From positions 1 to 64,000 of IMG/VR virus record IMGVR_UViG_3300017917_001903: DNA of 64,000 nt; one strand, written 5' to 3'. The position numbers and the translations under genes are program-made. The DNA is from a virus. Shown here piece after piece: positions 46,849-57,001 of this stretch (its first letter is position 1; every line of letters begins with the position of its first letter). The notes beneath the pieces were generated by a model. That model saw nothing but the letters and a program-made list of their open reading frames with translations, searched no databases and was not told where the DNA came from.

Positions 46849-46925
46849 TGGCCTGCCGAGAGGGGCTCGAACCCCCGACCTAGAGCTTAGAAGGCTCTTG
46901 CTCTATCCAGCTGAGCTACCGGCAG
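46849..46925 (-). tRNA. tRNA-Arg(TCT)
   Basis: cloverleaf, encoded CCA. Confidence 0.95.
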
Positions 46926-46951
46926 ATATGTAACGCTTTATTTATACCTTC

Positions 46952-46979
46952 ATTATACAAGGTTTTTAATTTTTGTCAA
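46952..46979 (-). promoter_or_regulatory. sigma70 promoter for tRNA-Arg/Leu
   Basis: TTGACA-N16-TATAAT. Confidence 0.8.
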
Positions 46980-46987
46980 TAAAAAAA

Positions 46988-48277
46988 TTAAATCTTTTCG
47001 CCTGGTGCAAATCCACGGAATCGAAGGAAACGTGGAAAACGCAAACTATAGCTACCATCCTGATTTTGTGTTACAGCATCAGCGCGGACTTCAACAATGT
47101 TACCAATACAGCTATCGCGGTGATTCCAAAAATCATCTCGATTAGCATCACTAAAGCCACTCCCAACATTGACAGTAATAGTTTTCCCGTCGTCAACTCC
47201 GGAGCAAACAAAAGCGCCAAGTCGTCCCACGTTTCTACCAGTGCCTTCTTCAACATGAGTTACCTCCAAAGAAACTTCAATGAAGGGCTTGAGCTTGAGC
47301 CAGGCTGTGCTACGCTTGCACTCATACGGAGCATTCAAGTCCTTAATCATGATACCTTCGTAACCATTTTCTACTGCACTCTTGTTGTACATAGAAAACA
47401 ACTTTTGTCCTTGATCCGTGTCGAGGTCAACTGTTGCATGATCAAGTACAGTTACGTTGGGCAACTTGGTCATGTTATCTTCGTACCATTGCTTAAGCCA
47501 AGCAGTACGTTCATGTTGCTTAACTGTAAACTTACCCTCTTGAAACTTATCAAGTGGAATAATATCAAACAAGTGCAACACAGCATCACCGGCTGTTACG
47601 TTTTCCTTGCGGTGAACCTGCTTCATCAGATCCTGGAAACTGCTGCTCATAATCTCCCCGTCGAAAACGGTCGGTGAGCTCAACTTGCTCGCTACTGTTG
47701 CGAACTGCTCTTTGATGTGTCCAAAGTTTAACAACTCCTTGCCATTGCGACTGAACTGGTCCACTCGCCCATCTGGATATACTACGGTCAAGACTCGCAC
47801 ACCATCCAGTTTTACTTCGATCATTTTCTTGCCGCATACTTTGCTTTCATGGTTAGCACTGTCATGACTTAGCTGACATTCAAAAATAGGGATAGCACCC
47901 TTAACTACTTTGTTGATAGTTTTTTCGCTTACGCCACAGCGTAGATCCTTAATAAGAATGCGACGATACCAATGATTCCACTGCTCTTGTGTAGCAGAGT
48001 TCATCATTGTTGTTACCATATCGCGAGCTGTATTGCCGGTGACGTTGCGAGTAACGAAACCAGTAAGAGCGAGAGTAAAACTATCCCAATCCAGACCAGG
48101 ACCATCTTCATTTGTTTTCTCCGGAATTTGTTTAAGCCCAAATGTAATCATTGGGTCAAGTGCTAGTCGGCAACCTTCTAAGAATAGGCTGTTGTCATGA
48201 TTAGCTTCAATAATCTGCTCCTTGTTGGTACGCAGATTGTGTTCTTCTAGGTCCTTGATAATTTGCCAGGGTTCCAT
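46988..48277 (-). CDS. ATP-dependent DNA ligase
   Basis: KLDGVR, FDGEI, EGIMIK, SLRFPRF. Confidence 0.95.
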   Translation of the reverse strand: MEPWQIIKDLEEHNLRTNKEQIIEANHDNSLFLEGCRLALDPMITFGLKQIPEKTNEDGPGLDWDSFTLALTGFVTRNVTGNTARDMVTTMMNSATQEQWNHWYRRILIKDLRCGVSEKTINKVVKGAIPIFECQLSHDSANHESKVCGKKMIEVKLDGVRVLTVVYPDGRVDQFSRNGKELLNFGHIKEQFATVASKLSSPTVFDGEIMSSSFQDLMKQVHRKENVTAGDAVLHLFDIIPLDKFQEGKFTVKQHERTAWLKQWYEDNMTKLPNVTVLDHATVDLDTDQGQKLFSMYNKSAVENGYEGIMIKDLNAPYECKRSTAWLKLKPFIEVSLEVTHVEEGTGRNVGRLGAFVCSGVDDGKTITVNVGSGFSDANRDDFWNHRDSCIGNIVEVRADAVTQNQDGSYSLRFPRFLRFRGFAPGEKI

Positions 48278-48278
48278 A

Positions 48279-48818
48279 TTACCTCGGTAGTACATTAAAA
48301 TGTTTAAAGGTTCGTTGTACGCATACTGCCTGCCAGTATGAGTCCTCGTCTGCACTGTGTAGGTTTTGCTGAATCTCTTTGCGAGGATCCTTCGGCATCA
48401 TATTAAAGATTGTGCGGCAATCACATACTTGCCAATACGCCCAGTTACGATGATGGTCAAACTGCCGGAACAGGTCTTCTAGGATCACCATGTCAAACTG
48501 TGGACCTTGGCACCAAATCTTATCTACACCAACTAGATAACGATTTAGGTCTTTAAAGAACATGTCAAGATCAACACGCCCAAATTCGCTAAATGCTTCT
48601 TCTCGAATATGTTCTGCTTGTTTGCCCCACCACTCTAGCGTACCTTGATCCACACTGCGATCAGCTTTTAACTGTTCATCTGCGCTAGGACGCCAAAGTG
48701 TTTTTGAGTGGGGCTCGTTAAGTGTATAAGGGTCAAACTTAACAGCACCAACACTAAGTACTACGCAATCTGGATTAGTACCTAATGTTTCAATATCGAT
48801 CATTGCATGTGTGGTCAT
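48279..48818 (-). CDS. 3'-5' exonuclease (DEDD family)
   Basis: MIDIETLGT, FDMVIL, HSADED. Confidence 0.85.
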   Translation of the reverse strand: MTTHAMIDIETLGTNPDCVVLSVGAVKFDPYTLNEPHSKTLWRPSADEQLKADRSVDQGTLEWWGKQAEHIREEAFSEFGRVDLDMFFKDLNRYLVGVDKIWCQGPQFDMVILEDLFRQFDHHRNWAYWQVCDCRTIFNMMPKDPRKEIQQNLHSADEDSYWQAVCVQRTFKHFNVLPR

Positions 48819-48853
48819 ATTGCTAGTATAACACAACTGCAATGTTTGTCAAG

Positions 48854-49711
48854 TCATAATGTGATAGTTTCTTCGTCTGCAATTCGATCTTTTTCAACTG
48901 CACCAAGCTGACCGGCTCCTTTAACGCCTTTGGCCCATTTCATTTTAACAAAAGGATCTTGCTTACCAGCAACAACATTGTCCCACCATGTGCTGTGTTG
49001 ACCAATTTTATCCAAGAACCATGCTAATTTATATGCCGTGGCTACTCGGGCTTGTTGCATAGTTGGATGACCAAAATCTTTAGGATCGCTCGGGTTACCT
49101 TCCATGTACTTGCGATTTTGGAAAGTTGAGTCATCGTTGTTGCCTGTAATGTCGGCACGGTCATGTGTAACATTTACATCTGTGCGTTCAAAGATGTCTA
49201 GCATATATGCAATGTGGCTTAGCCAAGCATCATTTTGTGCATTCTGGCTAAGATGATCTAACAACATATACCAGTCACGTGGAACAATTGGGAAAATAGC
49301 GTAAGGATGACCATTATGGTTATCAGTTGGTGCTAGTAACTTAAACTGCCCATCGTACCCGCGAATGATATCATCCCAACCTTCGCTGTTCATGATTGCA
49401 TCATCATTCCAAAAGAATAGCCAATCCCCGTTGCTGTATCCTGCTAGTGTATTAACATATGTGTGCAAGTTTTCATAACCAAGTGGTTTAAAAACATTTG
49501 CGCGGCACTCAACATTATACTTCATTAACATTGGTGCAATTTCTTTTTTAATGTATTCAGTTGTAGCTTGATCGTCGTCATCGAGGCCAAGTAACAGTTC
49601 AACACGGTTAGGCTGTGCAGCCTTTGTAATTAAACTTTCTAGACTATTCTTCAAGGTCTCAGTACGACCGCGAGTAGGGAGAAGAATTGAGATGATTGTA
49701 TCACTTGCCAT
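48854..49711 (-). CDS. glycosyltransferase family 2-like
   Basis: ILLPTRGR, WNDDA. Confidence 0.8.
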   Translation of the reverse strand: MASDTIISILLPTRGRTETLKNSLESLITKAAQPNRVELLLGLDDDDQATTEYIKKEIAPMLMKYNVECRANVFKPLGYENLHTYVNTLAGYSNGDWLFFWNDDAIMNSEGWDDIIRGYDGQFKLLAPTDNHNGHPYAIFPIVPRDWYMLLDHLSQNAQNDAWLSHIAYMLDIFERTDVNVTHDRADITGNNDDSTFQNRKYMEGNPSDPKDFGHPTMQQARVATAYKLAWFLDKIGQHSTWWDNVVAGKQDPFVKMKWAKGVKGAGQLGAVEKDRIADEETITL

Positions 49712-50639
49712 GCTTATTTTCACCTGTAAATAGTTTACGAATATTACCACGGAAGGTATAGTGACCAACGTGATTAAGTGCTGTGCGTGGATCCAAGTAA
49801 ACTTCGCCGCCCATCTGCTGCCACAAACGGCAGAACATATAATCTTCACTTAGATAACGTCTGCTCTCTGGGTCAATCATGGTATCAAACAGTGCATACA
49901 TATATGGCTCAAACTTATTATCAACGTTGATGTCGTTTACATACTTGAGTTCTGGATGAGCATCCATCATCTGTTGAATAACTTCTTTCTTGATGCACAT
50001 AAAGCCTGTACCAGCATCTTTAAGTCGTACTAGGTTATCTACAATCTGTACCTGTGGAGTACGGTTGCCGTTTTCATCTTTGAGGAAGTCAAAGTTTACA
50101 ACATAGTTTGAGCTGTGTCCTTCAATGGTATCCGGTGTCTCTTCGGGGATATTACGAGCAGCATGTACAATACTCTGCCAATTAATAGCCTTCTTAGGAT
50201 AAGCACCAACTACAATTGGCTTGTCATAAGCTACTTGACGTAGTAGGTCTTCTGGTTGGAATTCAATGTCAGCATCAATAAAGAACAAGTGTGTAGCATC
50301 CTTATTTTCCATAAAGAAACTAACAAGTGTATTACGTCCGCGAGTAATCAAACTTTCGTTTGCAAGTGTGCTGATGGTATACTTAATATCGTACTTGTTG
50401 CACAAAATAGCAAGCCTCATCATACTACGGAAATACGGTTCGCCAATCTGGCCGCCATAACACGGAGTAGCAATAAAGATATGTTTTGACCGTAATAGTC
50501 CAATTGGAATTTCAATTTTAGCATCAAGTAGACGATACATGACATCGTCTGTAGGTGCAGTATTTTCCGTTGATGCAGCAACCGGATTGGATTGCTTTTG
50601 TGATTTGGCAGCAACTCTGCGTTGATTTCTGTTTGACAT
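49701..50639 (-). CDS. glycosyltransferase (GT-A)-like
   Basis: IATPCYGG, FIDADI, LSEDYMFC. Confidence 0.8.
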   Translation of the reverse strand: MSNRNQRRVAAKSQKQSNPVAASTENTAPTDDVMYRLLDAKIEIPIGLLRSKHIFIATPCYGGQIGEPYFRSMMRLAILCNKYDIKYTISTLANESLITRGRNTLVSFFMENKDATHLFFIDADIEFQPEDLLRQVAYDKPIVVGAYPKKAINWQSIVHAARNIPEETPDTIEGHSSNYVVNFDFLKDENGNRTPQVQIVDNLVRLKDAGTGFMCIKKEVIQQMMDAHPELKYVNDINVDNKFEPYMYALFDTMIDPESRRYLSEDYMFCRLWQQMGGEVYLDPRTALNHVGHYTFRGNIRKLFTGENKHGK

Positions 50640-50729
50640 AATAATCCTGTATCTGTGTGTTATGTTTTCTACACTTGAAAAACCCGCATATTGCGCATCG
50701 TTGAGAGGCTTTTTGGGTGTTGTTAAACT

Positions 50730-50805
50730 TGGTGGAGGATAACGGGATCGAACCGTTGACCTATAGCTTGCAAAGCTACCGCTCTCCCAGCTGAGCTAAT
50801 CCCCC
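50730..50805 (-). tRNA. tRNA-Ala(TGC), second copy
   Basis: cloverleaf, G3:U70. Confidence 0.95.
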
Positions 50806-50843
50806 AGTCACTAATATATATCTTTAGCCACAGGATAGTAACA

Positions 50844-51509
50844 TTATTCTAGGCTATTATAAATTTGAAAATCTAGATCATAAAACTTGTATATGCGATC
50901 TAGTGTATGTGCAGGTAGTTCAGGCAAAGTAACTGCGGATGATCTCAGAGAGTAACTTGAGAAGTCGTCAACGCTGTCAATGTTATAGTAGCCTGCAATA
51001 GATTTTACCATATTCTTTATATCATGATATTTATAAATCTTATTAATACGCTGCCCATTAAATAATAGCCAGTTTGACTGTGGATACAATTTGTCAAAGA
51101 CAATGTCTGAGTAAACAATGTATTCTAAAAACTGTTGTTGCTTTTTAGGACTACTAACCTCAACTTTATAAAAATTATGTAACTGCCTGCAAAAACTTTT
51201 AAAGCGGTCTACTGGATCTCTGCATATTGCATATATGCTGTAATCCTGCCAATTGTGCTCTAACATGCCGTGTGCAATTATCTGCGGCAGAGTAAGATGC
51301 TGTGTATCAACATTGTTTATATTGTTGATATTTTTTGAGGGTAGCAGAAGATCTTCTACGTTTAAAGTACCAACAGAATCTGCTTCGAGTCCTGCATGGA
51401 TAATGCTATCTTCTAAATTAAGTCGATCGTGAATATACGATGTTACTGAAGTTGAACCAGTTCTGGGTACTCTTAAGTAAATGTACTTGTGTTTGTTACT
51501 GATAATCAT
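50844..51509 (-). CDS. sulfotransferase family protein
   Basis: VPRTGSTS and RDPVDRFKS PAPS-binding motifs. Confidence 0.8.
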   Translation of the reverse strand: MIISNKHKYIYLRVPRTGSTSVTSYIHDRLNLEDSIIHAGLEADSVGTLNVEDLLLPSKNINNINNVDTQHLTLPQIIAHGMLEHNWQDYSIYAICRDPVDRFKSFCRQLHNFYKVEVSSPKKQQQFLEYIVYSDIVFDKLYPQSNWLLFNGQRINKIYKYHDIKNMVKSIAGYYNIDSVDDFSSYSLRSSAVTLPELPAHTLDRIYKFYDLDFQIYNSLE

Positions 51510-51525
51510 TTACTATTCTTAGAAC

Positions 51526-51601
<76 letters not shown>

Positions 51602-51607
51602 ATACAT

Positions 51608-52234
51608 TTATTTATCCTTGGTAAATATTCGCCAATCGAAAACTTTGGGCAACTCTTTGTATTTAAATTTTGGTACTATATGATCGCATACAAAACCAAC
51701 TGTTGCTAACTTAGATTCTTCTTCACACATGTACGGATAAATTTTTGCGTAGTCATTGGAATTATTTTCAGCGATCCAAGTAGTATCATCAAACACTATC
51801 ATTCCATTTGGTTTAAGCAATTGATCTATCAATACAAATGCTAGTGCTGTATTATGAAAATCATGGCCGCCATCTATATAACAAAAATCAAAAATGGGTC
51901 CATCGTTATCTTTTATTAGTTTACCAAGTTCCCAATTAAAACTTTTTTCTGCTACTGTTTTTGTAACAAACTCTTCTAGATTAAAGAACTTTAATAGCTC
52001 GTCAACGTTAGGCTTTACTTGATTTTGTACTTTATCAAATGTATGTAAAGTACCAAATCCTTGCTCTTTTAATATTGCAGCGAGATAAGACGTACTCTTT
52101 CCATGATAATAACCTAGTTCACATAAACTGCTAAAACCATTAGAGAGTATTATGTCACGCAAGTATAGTGCATGATCATGAGTCATGTAGTTAAGATTAA
52201 TACATTTTCTAGATATTTGATTTATTAACAACAT
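51608..52234 (-). CDS. class I SAM-dependent methyltransferase
   Basis: ELGYYHGKST, YIDGGH, IVFDD. Confidence 0.8.
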   Translation of the reverse strand: MLLINQISRKCINLNYMTHDHALYLRDIILSNGFSSLCELGYYHGKSTSYLAAILKEQGFGTLHTFDKVQNQVKPNVDELLKFFNLEEFVTKTVAEKSFNWELGKLIKDNDGPIFDFCYIDGGHDFHNTALAFVLIDQLLKPNGMIVFDDTTWIAENNSNDYAKIYPYMCEEESKLATVGFVCDHIVPKFKYKELPKVFDWRIFTKDK

Positions 52235-52288
52235 GTCTCAGGTTTTAAAAACATCAGCGCACATAAGTACGCTGACGTAATATAGTTA

Positions 52289-52543
52289 TTAAGATTTCTT
52301 AATTTCTTTTTGACAATCTGAAAACAAATAAGCCCTAGCTGTTCTCATCTCAGCTTCGCTAAGAACATTATCATTATCTTTGTCTGCAAGCTCAAACAAC
52401 TGTTTAGATACTTTGCATTTTGATACGAGCTCTACATAGTTTACATGTAGATCTTTGTCAATATCAAACTTTTTAACTCTTTCGGCTGCATCTACTGTCA
52501 TAGATGACAGTCCAACTATTACTACTGCTAATAAACGGTACAT
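52289..52543 (-). CDS. secreted EF-hand protein
   Basis: signal peptide; DKDNDNVLSEAE. Confidence 0.7.
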   Translation of the reverse strand: MYRLLAVVIVGLSSMTVDAAERVKKFDIDKDLHVNYVELVSKCKVSKQLFELADKDNDNVLSEAEMRTARAYLFSDCQKEIKKS

Positions 52544-52621
52544 AAAATTACCTGCTATCTTGCTTAACCCCTGTACAGGTTATGTACAGGATAGCAGGTA
52601 ATATTTATGACTACTATGCAG

Positions 52622-53131
52622 TTATCCTACTAGAACTTTGCACACGCTGTTCATAACACTAGCAATGCGACCAATGTCTTTTAGCTGATCTAAACTATAA
52701 CCAGCTTCCTTAAGTGTATTAAAGTGACTCTTTACACAGAAGTGACACTTGCCCACAATGCTAGCTGCTAGGCTGTAGGCTTCAAAGTTTTCCTTTGAAG
52801 TACCACCATGTGTAGCAATAGCATTCATACGCAGTCCAGGACTCATGCCTTTGAACGCATCATCAACCATTTCATTATATGGGTACCAAATGTTATTTTG
52901 AGCCATGATACTAGCTGCTGTCATAGCAGCGTCGCGCTCTTGCTCGTTGGTCATACCACCTAAGATAATGCCAACGATCTTTCCGTTGCCTGTAGCAACT
53001 GCGGCAGCTAACGCACAACCTTCTGCAACAACTGGATCTAAACTTGAACGTAATAGTACACCATCCAAATTTAGTCTAGTATCTTTTGCGTAGTCGGGTA
53101 GAGCCAACTTAAACCCTTCTATCCAATTCAT
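52622..53131 (-). CDS. ahpD: alkylhydroperoxidase AhpD
   Basis: LPDYAKD, SIVGKCHFCVKSH. Confidence 0.9.
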   Translation of the reverse strand: MNWIEGFKLALPDYAKDTRLNLDGVLLRSSLDPVVAEGCALAAAVATGNGKIVGIILGGMTNEQERDAAMTAASIMAQNNIWYPYNEMVDDAFKGMSPGLRMNAIATHGGTSKENFEAYSLAASIVGKCHFCVKSHFNTLKEAGYSLDQLKDIGRIASVMNSVCKVLVG

Positions 53132-53721
53132 ATTGTTTCTCCTATAGGGGCATGTTCCATAAATGCCTCCTTGACAAACGGCTCGTTAACCATCATCTGA
53201 ATAGCAACAATAACTAACACGGCTGCACCAACCCAAATAGTCTTTGGCCAACGCAACATGATCTTAGATACCATTGTACTACCAAACAAGATGATTGGTA
53301 CACTAACCAATAATCCAAATATAATCAACCACCAGTTACCACCTGCGGCACCAGCAATAGCCAGTGCATTGTCTAATCCCATGACAGCGTCGGCCCAAAC
53401 GATAGTACCCATAGCACCCCAGAAGGTACTTGCGGCTGTGACATTGTGTTCACCATCTTCTGTGGTTACTAACTTGTAAGCAATGTATAACAATGCAATG
53501 CCACCAACAAGTCTAAGTCCAGGAATCATTAGCAAGTAAGTCAATGCCGCAACACTTAAGAAGCGAACAGCAACAGCACCAAATGTTCCCCAGAGCATAG
53601 CCTTGCGGCGCAACTCCGGTGGTAGCTTGTTAGCCGCCATAGCAATAACCAAAGCGTTCTCGCCGCCAAGCACCACATCAATTAAAATGATGGCTCCAAG
53701 AGCCCAGAGTAGTTCTAGCAT
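53128..53721 (-). CDS. TerC/YjbE-family membrane protein
   Basis: DVVLGGENALVIA, DAVMGLDNALA. Confidence 0.85.
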   Translation of the reverse strand: MLELLWALGAIILIDVVLGGENALVIAMAANKLPPELRRKAMLWGTFGAVAVRFLSVAALTYLLMIPGLRLVGGIALLYIAYKLVTTEDGEHNVTAASTFWGAMGTIVWADAVMGLDNALAIAGAAGGNWWLIIFGLLVSVPIILFGSTMVSKIMLRWPKTIWVGAAVLVIVAIQMMVNEPFVKEAFMEHAPIGETI

Positions 53722-54266
53722 TATAGTGTATCACCACCAATTGGACGGCTGCATGGGCATAGTTCGCCTGTCTGTAGTGCATCTAAAACACGAAGTGTTT
53801 CTTCAGGGCTACGACCAACGTCTAGATTGTTAACAGTTACGTGCTGGATAACATTGTCTGGGTCAACAATGAATGTTGCACGAAGTGCGGCGCCAGCTGG
53901 TGCATAGAAAATGCCTAGCTGATTAGCAAGACTTAATTCGTCACGAGCAACGTCTGCAAACATCCAACTGTTTGTCTTCTTTAGATCTTCATGGGCTGCA
54001 CGCCAAGCTAGCTTACAGAACTCGTTGTCTGTGCTGCCAACTAATAGTACCGCGTCGCGATCAGCAAAGTCACGGTTGAGCTTGTCGTAGGCTACAATTT
54101 CTGTTGGGCATACGAAAGTAAAGTCCTTTGGATAGAACACAATTACCTTCCACTTACCTTCAAAGCTCTTTTCTGTGATGGTCTCAAAAGCACCATCTGG
54201 TGTTAGTGCGCCTGGCTTAACACCTGTTACTGCAAAAGTTTCAATTTTATCACCAACTGTTTTCAT
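53721..54266 (-). CDS. ahpC: peroxiredoxin AhpC
   Basis: YPKDFTFVCPTE, ELCPC. Confidence 0.95.
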   Translation of the reverse strand: MKTVGDKIETFAVTGVKPGALTPDGAFETITEKSFEGKWKVIVFYPKDFTFVCPTEIVAYDKLNRDFADRDAVLLVGSTDNEFCKLAWRAAHEDLKKTNSWMFADVARDELSLANQLGIFYAPAGAALRATFIVDPDNVIQHVTVNNLDVGRSPEETLRVLDALQTGELCPCSRPIGGDTL

Positions 54267-54277
54267 TTAGTTTCTCC

Positions 54278-54625
54278 TTAATGTTTCTGTGCCTTACAAT
54301 TCGGACAGATCAGTACCAGGTTTTCCTCGGCACTGTTGTGAGTATTGCCATCAGCATAATCAATCGCTAATGGTATTTCCTTTCCGTTATGCGTTCTACT
54401 GCCACAGACTTGACAACTATGGCCTCTGACCTCAATGAGATATTTCTTAACCCATTCAGGTACCTGTCTCCACGCTGTAGTTTCAGGATGCTGTTTCCAT
54501 TCGTTAACTAATAGTCTGCTACGATGTTGCTGTTGGCAACTGTTGTTACAGTATTTGTTAGTATAACTGTGTCCTTTAACTGGGTTATTCTTACCACAGT
54601 TTAGACAGGTAAAGCAAGCGTTCAT
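54278..54625 (-). CDS. HNH-like zinc-binding protein, first catalytic His appears replaced
   Basis: CQVC...IDYADGN...NLVLICPNC. Confidence 0.7.
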   Translation of the reverse strand: MNACFTCLNCGKNNPVKGHSYTNKYCNNSCQQQHRSRLLVNEWKQHPETTAWRQVPEWVKKYLIEVRGHSCQVCGSRTHNGKEIPLAIDYADGNTHNSAEENLVLICPNCKAQKH

Positions 54626-54723
54626 TGTGTCCTCTTTGTGTGCAGTAGAGCATATCGTAAAGCACTCTATATGTATTTATTGCTCTACAACAATATCAGC
54701 GAATAAAGTGGCAAATTTTAGTC

Positions 54724-54758
54724 AAAAAAATAGGGTACGAAGACCCTATTTTCTTTTT
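54724..54758. terminator. bidirectional terminator
   Basis: AAAATAGGGT-ACGAAG-ACCCTATTTT. Confidence 0.8.
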
Positions 54759-54774
54759 GTAGCGTTGGTATTGG

Positions 54775-55389
54775 TTATGCTAACCAACTAGCATACTTTT
54801 TAGTTTTTTCAGCACGATCGTCTAAACCGTGTGTTCCACCATTGATGCGCTTTGTTAGCTCTAGGATAGCGGCATCGTTTACACCTTTATCACAGATAGC
54901 CCATAGCTTATTTGTTTCAAAGAAGAACATAGCACTTTCAAAAGCATACTTAGATGCAACAACATCTGGATTAGTCATTACTTCTGGATCACCGATGTAT
55001 TTTGAAAACGCTTCGTAGTTGCTCTTACCTGTTAGCTGAATAGCACCTCGGCCGCGGAACTTGTAACCATCGCCTGATGCTTCCGGACCATTGCCCATTC
55101 TGCCACCGTATACACGGTTAGCAATCATTTCTGGCTTACGCTCATACTTAGCGGCTGTAGCGGCATCTGGAAAATACTTCTTAAAGATACCTAGTAAGCC
55201 TTGTGCGCCGTAGTTTAGGTTTTCGTTGAATGTTTTAAATCCGCCCGACTCATGAGCGCACTGTGCAAAGAAGTGTGCTGCTCTAGCATCACTTAGTTTG
55301 TAAAATGCTTGTGCAGCCTTTAGTGTACCAGGACCCCAAGCACCATCTGCTGTAGCACCAACTTTTTCTTGTAGAATTTTTACTGACAT
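54775..55389 (-). CDS. GH19 endolysin
   Basis: FAQCAHESG, RGRGAIQLTG, INGG. Confidence 0.9.
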   Translation of the reverse strand: MSVKILQEKVGATADGAWGPGTLKAAQAFYKLSDARAAHFFAQCAHESGGFKTFNENLNYGAQGLLGIFKKYFPDAATAAKYERKPEMIANRVYGGRMGNGPEASGDGYKFRGRGAIQLTGKSNYEAFSKYIGDPEVMTNPDVVASKYAFESAMFFFETNKLWAICDKGVNDAAILELTKRINGGTHGLDDRAEKTKKYASWLA

Positions 55390-55398
55390 ATGTGCTCC

Positions 55399-55899
55399 TT
55401 ATAGCTTTTTCCAAGCATCTGTAGCATCAAAGTCATTGGTTGGTAGATACTTAGTTGATGAACCGTCTTTCTTAGCGATTAGTTTTTGTTTACGGTTTCC
55501 ACCACCCTTCTTAATAGATGCGTGTACCCACCCCGAGTTCTTATCACCCTCTACATAAAATTCTAGGATAACTTGGTCAAACTCTAGGTTTTCAGAAACC
55601 CAGTCTGCAACAACCTTGTTGCTGATGCCTTGGATTTCAAAGTCAACAGCTTCACCGTTAACGTGCTGACTTGTTGTTGAACCACCAACTGCCTTGTTTA
55701 ATGCTGGGCAGCGATAGCTTGAATTGATTGTTATTGGTTTACCAAAATGAGCGCGAGCTGGCTCAAGGATCTTCTCGCAAACATAACGCATGTTTTCGAG
55801 GTGTTCAGGTGTGGGTGTGTTTGCAATACCCTTAGCTTTTGCTGTTGGGCTTGCTGTAAGCTCTTCAACTGTGAAGTGTTCAGTTAATTTTGTAGCCAT
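55399..55899 (-). CDS. peptidase M15A
   Basis: SSYRC, SQHVNGEAVD, WVH. Confidence 0.85.
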   Translation of the reverse strand: MATKLTEHFTVEELTASPTAKAKGIANTPTPEHLENMRYVCEKILEPARAHFGKPITINSSYRCPALNKAVGGSTTSQHVNGEAVDFEIQGISNKVVADWVSENLEFDQVILEFYVEGDKNSGWVHASIKKGGGNRKQKLIAKKDGSSTKYLPTNDFDATDAWKKL

Positions 55900-56057
55900 T
55901 GTGTTTCCTTCCTGCTAGTGTTTATATACACTATTTATGAAAAGAAACACCAAAAATAAGTACTCGGTTTATCTCCGTCCGGTCGACACGGACTTGATCC
56001 TACTCATTGCCATCGCTGTGCGACAAACCTTACACCGAAAGGTAGGGCGGCAAATTC

Positions 56058-56133
56058 TGGTGCCCTCACCATGATTCGAACACGGGACCTACTGATTACA
56101 AATCAGTTGCTCTACCAGCTGAGCTATAAGGGC
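56058..56133 (-). tRNA. tRNA-Thr(TGT), second copy
   Basis: cloverleaf, encoded CCA. Confidence 0.95.
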
Positions 56134-56213
56134 GATGCATTATTTATTGGTTAGCTATATAAAGAATAAAAAAATAGGCCATATGGCCTATTTGTTTTGC
56201 AAGTCAAAAAGTA

Positions 56214-56384
56214 TTACTTGCTTTCGTATGGTTTCTTGCTTACGAAATCATTTAGCTTTTCGGCTTCTTTAATAACATCTTCTGTGCTTGGCATATCTTC
56301 TGGATTTTTAGCACGGGCTTGCAAAATTTCTTTTGCTTCACGCACCAAGTCCAAGCGGATTTCATATGGTGTTTTATTTGACAT
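56214..56384 (-). CDS. 56-aa conserved phage protein, not in ORF track
   Basis: MSNKTPYEIRLDL...AEKLNDFVS; AAGGA RBS. Confidence 0.7.
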   Translation of the reverse strand: MSNKTPYEIRLDLVREAKEILQARAKNPEDMPSTEDVIKEAEKLNDFVSKKPYESK

Positions 56385-56589
56385 AACTGTTTAAATCCTT
56401 AATACTTTTGGTATTATATAGAAATATTTATCACAAAATGTACTAATCATTAAAACAGTATATTGGCACTCTGGCCCAAATGGTAGCGAATCATTTGTTG
56501 CCCAGCAGTTCCCGCTGTTGACGCCCTGCCGCGAACGGTCCTAGGGACATAATAGTATTTATAAAAAAAGGAGCATACGCTCCTTAATG

Positions 56590-56760
56590 TTACTTCTTAC
56601 CTTCTTCTTTCTTAGCTTCAGGTTTTTTAGCCTCAAGCTTCTTAGCGTCTTCCTTTTTGGCTTCCGCTTTAGCTGGTTTAGCTTCTTCTTTCTTAGCGTC
56701 CGCTGCAACTGCTGTTACTGCAAATAGTCCTACAAATAATGATGCTAAAATTGCTTTCAT
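56590..56760 (-). CDS. 56-aa secreted K/E/A-rich protein, not in ORF track
   Basis: signal peptide plus AKKE repeats. Confidence 0.7.
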   Translation of the reverse strand: MKAILASLFVGLFAVTAVAADAKKEEAKPAKAEAKKEDAKKLEAKKPEAKKEEGKK

Positions 56761-56824
56761 TTTTATTTTCCTTATTAAAAAGCAGAAGTATTAGTTTCTG
56801 CTAATATATTTATAGGGAAATTTT

Positions 56825-57000
56825 TACAAGTGCGATTTTTTCTGTTGCTAGGAAAAATCGCAAACCCCGGAGAATTACGCTGCTAGAGCGTAATCACCAT
56901 ATGCAAAGTCATTATCGTTTGCAGTTACTTTTTTTGGCACTTTGCCAGTCAATCAGTCTCGGCATTCCTATTCCGCGTCAATCGATCCTATTTCAGGCCC
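56825..57000 (-). ncRNA. ssrA: two-piece tmRNA, coding piece; tag ANDNDFAYGDYALAA (56875-56922)
   Basis: GGGCCTGAAATAGGATCGA 5' end; tag frame ending LAA-TAA. Confidence 0.9.
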
Positions 57001-57001
57001 A

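Noticed and set aside
54278-54625. Active homing endonuclease within an intron
   Set aside because: Free-standing, flanking genes are intact, and the first HNH histidine appears replaced by Tyr.
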